From contig CAWFBG010000025.1 in the NCBI GenBank assembly GCA_963813925.1, forward strand, positions 2,275 through 66,274: a stretch of DNA of 64,000 nucleotides. The letters run 5' to 3'. Below the pieces are notes generated by a model. The model had not been told where the DNA came from. It was given only the letters and a program-made list of their open reading frames with translations, and made no database searches. The stretch is from an uncultured Planctomycetaceae bacterium (GTDB taxonomy: Bacteria > Planctomycetota > Planctomycetia > Gemmatales > Gemmataceae). Shown piece after piece: positions 57,823 through 64,000 of this stretch. Each line of letters opens with the position of its first letter. Within the stretch, counting starts at the first letter, position 1. The position numbers were made by a program, and so were the translations under genes.

Positions 57823-59847
57823 TCAATCTACATACGGGTCCGCCGCCAGGTCTTTGAGGACCTCCTGACGCTGCTTCTCATGCACCATCAGATCGACGCG
57901 CGACAGGTAGTGGCGATGTTCGACGCGCTGTTGCGCCGTCACGAACCGCTTCTGATAGCCGCTCCAGTCCCCGGCCCCGCCGCGCCGGCCGCGCTTCTTC
58001 AACGCCTCCTGCCGCCTCTCCCCCAACCCTTCCAGCAGCTCGTCCTCCAGCGACAGGAAGAATTGGGCGCTGCCGGGATCGCCCTGCCGGCCCGCCCGCC
58101 CCATCAGCTGCCGGTCGATGCGCAAGGCCTCGTGGCGCTCGGTGCCCAGAACGTGCAGGCCGCCGGCCGCGATCACGTCGGCGTCCGGCTTGATGTCGGT
58201 GCCGCGGCCGGCCATGTTCGTGGCGATCGTTACTCGACCCGTCTTGCCGGCCGCGGCCACGACCTCCGCCTCCTCCGCGTTCTGGCGGGCGTTCAAGATC
58301 CGGTGCTCGACGCCGGCCTGCCGCAGCCGTTCGCTCAGCACCTCCGACTTGTCCACCGAGCGCGTGCCGATCAGCACCGCCCGGCCCTGCGCCCGCAGCC
58401 GCAACACCTCCTCCACCACGGCCGCGAACTTGGCGTCCTCGTTCGGGAACACCCGATCCGGCCAGTGCTCGCGGATGACCGGCCGGTTGGTCGGCACGCA
58501 CACCACCCACAGCTTGTAGACCCGCCGCAACTCGAAGCGGTTCTGCTTCGCCGTGCCGGTCATGCCCGCCAACTTCTTGTACAGCCGAAAATAGCTCTGA
58601 AATGTCACCTGAGCGGCGTGGTCCGACGCCTTGTGGATGGGGACTCCTTCCTTGGCCTCGACGGCCTGATGCAAACCGTCGCGCCACTGGCGATCCGGCA
58701 TTTTGCGCCCGGTGAACTCGTCGATGATGACGACCTTGGTCTTGTCGATCATGTAATGCTGGTCGCGGCGGAAGCGGTAGTGGGCCTGCAGCGCCTGCTC
58801 GACGCGCTCCTGCAACTTGTCCATGGCGCTGCTCTCGCCGCCGCCCTGCGTCGGCGGGTTGGAGTAACGCATCAGCTGCTTGCCCAGGCCGGTCAGTTCC
58901 AGCTTCTGCTTCTTTTGGTCGAACGTAAAATGTTCGTTCAGGACCATCTTCTTGGCGATGTCGTCGGACCAGAGGTAGACAATCTGTTCCTCCTTGGTGG
59001 CCAGGCGCGTCGCCATGCTGATGATGAGCGGCGTGCGGGCCTCGTCGATGAAGACGTTGTCGGCCTCGTCCACCAGGGCGTAGTGGTGCGGCCGCTGGAC
59101 GTTGGCGTCTTCGGGGGTGGTGTAGACGCTGCCCTTGACCCAGGGCGCCCAGAACGGCGCCTCGCGGCCCTGCGCCCGGCCCCTTTCAGCCGGTCGCGGA
59201 GGAAATCGAAGCCGAACTCGGCGGCGGTGCCGTAGGTGACGTCGCACTGGTAGGCGCGCTTGCGGTCCTGCTCGCCCATCTGCTGCTGCAACACGCCGAT
59301 GCTCAGGCCCAGTCCCTCGTAAATCGGCTGCATCCATTCGGCGTCGCGGCGGGCCAGGTAGTCGTTGACCGTGGCGACGTGGACGCCCTTGCCTTCCAGC
59401 GAATTGAGAAACGCCGGCAACGAGGCGGTGAGCGTCTTGCCTTCGCCAGTGGCTAACTCGGCCAAGCCGCCCTGGTGGATCACCACGCCGGCCGCCAGCT
59501 GCACGTCGAACGGACGGATGCCCAGCACCCGCCGCGTCTGCACACAAACCAGGCCGAACGCCTCAGCCAACAGCTTGTCCAGCGATTCGCCGCCGCGCGC
59601 CGGCCGCGCAGCGCTGGCCGGTCGTCTTGAGGTCGGCGTCGGACAGCCGTTCGTATTCCTTCTCCCAATGGCGGATGCGCGGCACTTTGATGGCGCCGTG
59701 GGCCAGCCGACGCAGCCACGGCGGGCCGACCAGGGCGACGATAGCGTTCAGCCAGTACGGCCCGAGTCGCTGCCGCGGCGAGTCGGGGCGGACGACGGGT
59801 TTTTCCGAGGGGGCCTGCTGGGGGACGGGATCGGCCACGGGGTTCAC
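57823..59847 (-). CDS. secA: Short SecA-like ATPase (SecA2-type paralogue lacking the wing and C-terminal domains); two frame breaks (~59180, ~59600)
   Basis: '[11 protein letters not shown]', '[16 protein letters not shown]', '[21 protein letters not shown]', 'LAGMTGTA', '[14 protein letters not shown]', '[17 protein letters not shown]'. It ends shortly after the scaffold-helix start. Provisional GTG start at 59847. Confidence 0.8.
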
Positions 59848-59957
59848 GGATTCGGCTCCCGGTTACGGCGCCATGCTTCTGTGCCTTCCCGTTAGCATAC
59901 CCGAAACGCGGCCGGCCACCGAGAGATCCTGAGTGGGACGTGAAAAACCCTCCGACC

Positions 59958-60071
59958 CGCTGTACCACCTCTCCCGTGGCCAGCGCGAGCCGGAAGGCTG
60001 CTAAAAGCTGCGGCGGGAAAAAAAACCGGCCGGCTCGCTGTACCACCTCTCCCATGGCCAGCGCGAGCCGG
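59958..60071. repeat. Two 36-bp direct repeats, 78 bp apart, in the secA-like/cysE divergent intergenic region
   Basis: CGCTGTACCACCTCTCCCRTGGCCAGCGCGAGCCGG at 59958-59993 and 60036-60071 (35/36 identical). Copy 2 is embedded in a CCGGCTCGC...GCGAGCCGG hairpin. Confidence 0.85.
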
Positions 60072-60424
60072 TCGGCTTTGGTTCGCTCTCTCTCCCAGAG
60101 CAGAACGGCAGCCCTCTTTGCAAACGCCGGACCAATCGCCGTTCCTTTCAAGGTCGCGGCCGCCGCGCCGCCGCTAATGGCGTTGCCGGAAGCACTTGCG
60201 AATCGACATTTCGGCGTGGTCTGGCCATATGATTGCGCCGGGCCGGGCCGCCCCGCCCGCGAGCCATGCGTCATCTGCCTAGACTCTAAGCGAAGAATCC
60301 GGAGGCCGATTTTCCCTGGACTTCCCCGTCAAACCGGTCGAAGGAACAGAGGAGCAAATGGACCGGCGACGGAAGCATCCCTACGATAAAGGGTGGCGCC
60401 TCGGCCCCGACGGGAACGAATACC

Positions 60425-61381
60425 ATGGCCACGGACATTCGTCTGAAGGAAGCCCTGCCGGAAATCACCGAAGCGATCGTCGCCACCTACACCGAATGCA
60501 GCCGCACTAGCCACCTCGGCCACAAGCCGTTGCCGAGCCGCGAGGCCGTCGTGGACATCCTCACGGACCTCCTCGACATTCTCTACCCCGGCTACTGGCG
60601 GCGGCAGAATCTGCACATCGGCAACGTCGAATATCACGTCGGCGACCTGATCGACCGGCTCCACGACACGCTGACGCAGCAGATCGGCCGCGCCCTCCGC
60701 CACGAACAGGATTGTCTCCAGGGCGAGACGCGCGTGCCGCTGGACCTGGAGGCGTTGGCCCAGCAGAAGACGGTCGAGCTGCTGAAACGGCTGCCGGACG
60801 TGCGCCTGATCCTGGAACAGGACGCCCAGGCGGCTTTCGAGGGCGACCCGGCCGCCAAGAGCCACCACGAAATCATCTTTTGCTATCCGGGATTGGAGGC
60901 GGTGTCGGTGTACCGCGTCGCCCACGAACTGTTGCTGCTGGGCGTGCCGCTGATCCCGCGCATGATGACCGAGCACGCCCACCAGAAGACGGGCATCGAC
61001 ATCCATCCGGGGGCGCGGATCGGGCCGGGCTTCTTCATCGACCACGGCACCGGCGTGGTGATCGGCGAGACGTGCGACATCGGGACCAACGTCAAGCTGT
61101 ACCAGGGCGTGACGCTGGGGGCGTTGTCGTTCCCGCGCGACGCCGACGGCAACATCATCCGCGGCATGAAACGGCACCCGACGTTGGAGGACGATGTAGT
61201 GGTCTACGCCAACGCCACGATTCTCGGCGGCGACACCGTGGTCGGTCGGGGCGCGGTGATCGGCTCCAGCGTCTGGCTGACGCAGAGCGTGGCGCCCTCG
61301 ACGGTGGTGTCGATGGAGAAGCCGTCGCTGCGCATCAAGGGGCCGGCGGGGCAGGAGTTCGTGCCGAATTACGTCATCTAA
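60425..61381 (+). CDS. cysE: Serine O-acetyltransferase (long-form, hexapeptide repeat)
   Basis: 318 aa. '[43 protein letters not shown]...[14 protein letters not shown]'. Confidence 0.85.
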   Translation: MATDIRLKEALPEITEAIVATYTECSRTSHLGHKPLPSREAVVDILTDLLDILYPGYWRRQNLHIGNVEYHVGDLIDRLHDTLTQQIGRALRHEQDCLQGETRVPLDLEALAQQKTVELLKRLPDVRLILEQDAQAAFEGDPAAKSHHEIIFCYPGLEAVSVYRVAHELLLLGVPLIPRMMTEHAHQKTGIDIHPGARIGPGFFIDHGTGVVIGETCDIGTNVKLYQGVTLGALSFPRDADGNIIRGMKRHPTLEDDVVVYANATILGGDTVVGRGAVIGSSVWLTQSVAPSTVVSMEKPSLRIKGPAGQEFVPNYVI

Positions 61382-61397
61382 TGCGGTCGCCGCCGGA

Positions 61398-61456
61398 TAG
61401 CCACGACGCGCAGCGGAGCGCCGGGTCCCAACGCGCTCCGCTGCGCGTCGCGGCTA
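61398..61456. repeat. Family-C palindromic hairpin repeat (copy 2) between cysE and tsaC
   Basis: TAGCCACGACGCGCAGCGGAGCGC (61398-61421) pairs with GCGCTCCGCTGCGCGTCGCGGCTA (61433-61456), with one mismatch. It shares the TAGCCRCGAC...GGAGCGC ends with copy 1. Confidence 0.85.
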
Positions 61457-61475
61457 ACCGGCGTTCACGATAGTC

Positions 61476-62486
61476 ATGCACACCGAAGTCCTCGCCGTGG
61501 ACGCCAACGCTCCGCAGCCCGACCGGATCGCGCGGGCGGCGGCGGTGGTACGCGCCGGCGGACTCGTCGCCTTCCCGACCGAAACGGTATACGGGCTGGG
61601 CGCGCTCGCCCTGGACGCGGCCGCCGTGGGCCGCATCTTCGCCGCCAAGGGCCGTCCCGCCAACAACCCCGTCATCGTCCACATTGCCGATCCGAAAGAG
61701 GCGGTGCAAGTTGCCGCGGAATGGCCGGACGCCGCCGAACGCCTCGCACGCCGCTTTTGGCCCGGTCCGCTCACGCTGGTCGTGCCGCGCAACGCCGACG
61801 TGCCGGACGCGACGACGGCCGGCGGTTCGACCGTGGCGCTTCGCGTGCCGGCCCATCCCGTGGCGTTGGCGCTGCTGCGGGCGGTCGGCGCCCCGGTGGC
61901 CGCCCCCAGCGCCAACCGCTCCACCGAGCTGTCGCCCACGTTGGCCGAGCACGTCCTGCGCGGTTTAGCCGGCCGCATCGACCTCGTGCTGGACGGCGGC
62001 CCGACGGCCGGCGGCATCGAATCCACAGTTCTTGATCTGACGACCTCGCCGCCGCGCCTGCTGCGGCCGGGCCTGCTTGGGCCGGCGGATCTGGAGGCGG
62101 TGATCGGCCCGATCAGTCGCTCTGATGGGCCGCATACAGGCGCGGCGCTGCCGTCGCCGGGGATGCTGCCGCGGCATTACGCCCCGCGAACGACGTTGGA
62201 ATGCAGCCATGACGGCGGGGCGCGGGTCCGGGAGCTGCTGGACGCCGGCGCCCGCGTCGGCTGGATGACGTGGACGCACCCGCTGGAACTTGCCTCGCCG
62301 GTGCTCGTGGTGCGGATCATGCCGGCCGATCCGGCCGGGTACGCCGCCCAGATGTACGCCGCCTTGCACGCCCTCGACGACGCCGGAATGAGCCGCATCG
62401 TGGTCGATCTGCCGCCGGACGAGGACGAATGGTTGGCCGTGCGTGATCGTCTCCGGCGGGCGGGGTATGCAGGACCGGGGGCTTGA
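61476..62486 (+). CDS. tsaC: L-threonylcarbamoyladenylate synthase (Sua5/YwlC/TsaC with a C-terminal Sua5 domain)
   Basis: 336 aa. 'GGLVAFPTETVYGLGA', 'IFAAKGRPANNPVIVHI', 'PGPLTLV', 'VALRVPAHPVALALL', 'APSANRS'. Confidence 0.9.
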   Translation: MHTEVLAVDANAPQPDRIARAAAVVRAGGLVAFPTETVYGLGALALDAAAVGRIFAAKGRPANNPVIVHIADPKEAVQVAAEWPDAAERLARRFWPGPLTLVVPRNADVPDATTAGGSTVALRVPAHPVALALLRAVGAPVAAPSANRSTELSPTLAEHVLRGLAGRIDLVLDGGPTAGGIESTVLDLTTSPPRLLRPGLLGPADLEAVIGPISRSDGPHTGAALPSPGMLPRHYAPRTTLECSHDGGARVRELLDAGARVGWMTWTHPLELASPVLVVRIMPADPAGYAAQMYAALHALDDAGMSRIVVDLPPDEDEWLAVRDRLRRAGYAGPGA

Positions 62487-62888
62487 TTCGACCTGGCAAC
62501 GCGACCAAAGTTCCGATTCACGCGTCAATGGGAAGCCGGGATCGCCAACTCGACCCGAACCGACTTGCGCAAGGAGGGTCGGCTGCGAAGAACCGCAAGA
62601 GGGCGAGGGGCCGGACGGCCCCCTGTACACCGACTTCCACTCGATGCGGCCCCTCAGCGCCTGCTCGCACTGGCGTCGCCGGGTTCGGCGAACGCTCAGG
62701 CCGGGCGGAAGGCGGCCGGCGTCTGAAGCGCTCTTCGGCGCGTACACAACCTCCCTATGGCGGGAGAGGTCGAATGAGGGTTGCTGGATGTGATGGGGCC
62801 AGGAAGGGGTAAAGCAAGGCGGCCCGCAATTCCTGTTTTTGTACGGATTTGAGGGCCGATGATGGGGGGCGAGTCGTCTTGAGGGAAG

Positions 62889-62940
62889 CTCCCCGACCAG
62901 GACTCGAACCTGGAACAAACCGGTTTACAGCCGGTTGCTC
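62889..62940 (-). pseudogene. tRNA 3' fragment (D-stem 3' side to discriminator; anticodon GTA) - not an intact tRNA gene
   Basis: Minus strand: GAGC-A-ACCGG-CTGTAAA-CCGGT-TTGTT-CCAGG-TTCGAGT-CCTGG-TCGGGGA-G. The T-arm and anticodon arm are perfect. The matching 5' acceptor strand TCCCCGA and the D-arm 5' half are absent upstream. Confidence 0.75.
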
Positions 62941-63260
62941 CGCGATCCGAACCCCTTGTCCGGCAACACTTCCGGCGACGGCGCCGCGCCGCATGGCCCC
63001 CAGCATGTACCCGCCGGCCCGGAAGACGCCGACCTGGCCCGCGTCGTCGCCGCCTGGCCGGAACTGCCGGAGGCAATCCGCCGGGCCGTGCTGGCGCTGG
63101 TCGGTGCCTCGACGCCGCCCGAAAAGTGAAGAAAAGTGAACACAAGGCGAGTGAACAAACGCCCGCGCGGGCGGGGCGGCCGAAACCCTTGAGGCCGATG
63201 CGTTCTCAGGGGTTGCCCTCCCCCACGCGCTCTACTAAATCCTACCGTTTTGTCCTCACG

Positions 63261-63842
63261 GGGCCCCCGCCCCGCGCGCCCTCGGGAACGCCGACATGGC
63301 ACGCAAATCGGCATCATCGGCATCATCGGCACGCAAGCGGCCCACGGGAACGGCTGAACATTGCAGGTAAACATCAAAGGGGTATACACGCGGCCCGCCA
63401 GCCCGCGGGAACGGCGGCCGCTTGCGTGTCGATGATGTCGGTTTTCTTCCGCCCCGCGCACCCGCGGGAAGGCCGCGCGCATGCAACCAAATGCAACCGT
63501 TTTACGCCTTCCGCCCACCCGCCCGCGGGAACGACGGAATTCGGCATCTTCGGCACACAAGCGGTCCACTTCCTCCCCCGCCCCGCACGGACGCGGGAAC
63601 GCCGTTTGGGAAACCTTCAGTAACTAATGGTTTCTCCCCCGCCCCGCACGGACGCGGGAAAACGGGTAACATGGCGTTACCCGTTTCCAACGGTCCCCGC
63701 TCCGCACGGACGCGGGAACGACGTCCGAAATCGGTAAAGTCTTTACCGAATTCGCCCCCGCTCCGCACGGACGCGGGAACGGCGCCACGACGAACTCAAA
63801 TCTGTTCTCTCCAGTCCCCCGCTCCGCACGGACGCGGGAACG
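63261..63842 (-). CRISPR. CRISPR array: 5 well-conserved ~28-nt repeats plus ~5 degenerate trailer repeats, ~61-nt period
   Basis: Plus-strand repeat TCCCCCGCYCCGCACGGACGCGGGAACG at 63574-63601, 63635-63664 (AA insertion), 63694-63720, 63754-63781 and 63815-63842. Spacers are unique (33/29/33/33 nt). Degenerate copies end near 63290, 63352, 63413, 63472 and 63533. Confidence 0.75.
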
Positions 63843-64000
63843 GCCCTGGCAACGCCCGCCCGCCCCGCCGCCGCGTCCGGGACGGCAAGGCCGGCCCGCG
63901 GGCCGCCGCCGCCCGCGGACGCCGGCCGGAGTAGAATAGAAGGCGATCCTTTGGCCGCGACGCCGACCCGTCCTGAGAACCGGGGAGGCGGCGCGGCCGT

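Noticed and set aside
59940-60389. A 149-aa ORF spanning the secA-like/cysE intergenic repeats.
   Set aside because: Its internal duplication merely reflects the 36-bp DNA repeats. Its composition is not protein-like and it has no start context.
62600-62800. A possible degraded tyrosine-recombinase C-terminus on the plus strand ('...DFHSMRPLSACSHW...EALFGAYTTS', reminiscent of the HxxR box and LLGH), next to the tRNA fragment.
   Set aside because: The similarity is only a few residues, the catalytic Tyr region is not recognisable, and the frame is not coding-like. This is too weak to call without a profile search. It is mentioned only as context for the tRNA-scar hypothesis.
62935-63129. A small ORF ending '...DLARVVAAWPELPEAIRRAVLALVGASTPPEK' that vaguely resembles tails seen on mobile-element proteins.
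   Set aside because: It has no ATG, its 5' end overlaps the tRNA fragment, and I cannot tie the motif to a defined family from memory. At best it is a remnant.
63295-63312. TGGCACGCAAATCGGCA, a possible sigma-54 -24/-12 promoter (a sigma-54 activator gene lies at 53980-55530).
   Set aside because: The -12 element (TTGC, 5 nt after GGCAC) is absent, and the site lies inside the degenerate CRISPR trailer. Other TGGCAC occurrences I saw are inside coding regions and also lack a proper -12 box.

Overview
This is a 64-kb, very GC-rich (roughly two-thirds G+C by eye) bacterial chromosomal segment. The gene content looks planctomycetal. It has three Hanks-type Ser/Thr kinases with FGE-sulfatase, NPCBM or TPR tails, and one of them is paired with an ECF sigma factor. 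It also has a PVC-type CxxCH heme-binding giant protein, a WD40 giant protein and a short SecA paralogue. I call about 45 protein genes. Housekeeping genes: malQ, glgP, pgi, pyrF, fabH, moaC, cysE, tsaC, system II cytochrome c maturation (ResB/CcsA) and a polyprenyl synthase. Transport genes: an EmrAB-like MFS pump and a FeoA pair. Regulatory genes: a receiver protein, a sigma-54 activator, an ECF sigma factor and a STAS protein. I see no rRNA and no intact tRNA. Non-coding highlights: (1) a decaying CRISPR array at the right edge (63.26-63.84 kb), with no cas genes inside the window; (2) a 52-nt tRNA 3' fragment beside the array; (3) at least three families of long GC-rich palindromic hairpin repeats at gene ends; (4) a ~1-kb low-GC islet; (5) about 16 reading-frame breaks inside otherwise well-conserved genes, most repairable by one base in a short G/C run and one caused by a clean 8-bp tandem duplication. 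I cannot prove a novel multi-gene system from sequence alone. The best candidates are the ECF-sigma/kinase versus STAS/YHS-like/EmrAB divergon, the lipoprotein-ResB-CcsA operon, and the WD40/pseudo-caspase giant. They are listed as inferences. All homology statements are motif recognition by eye, not database searches.
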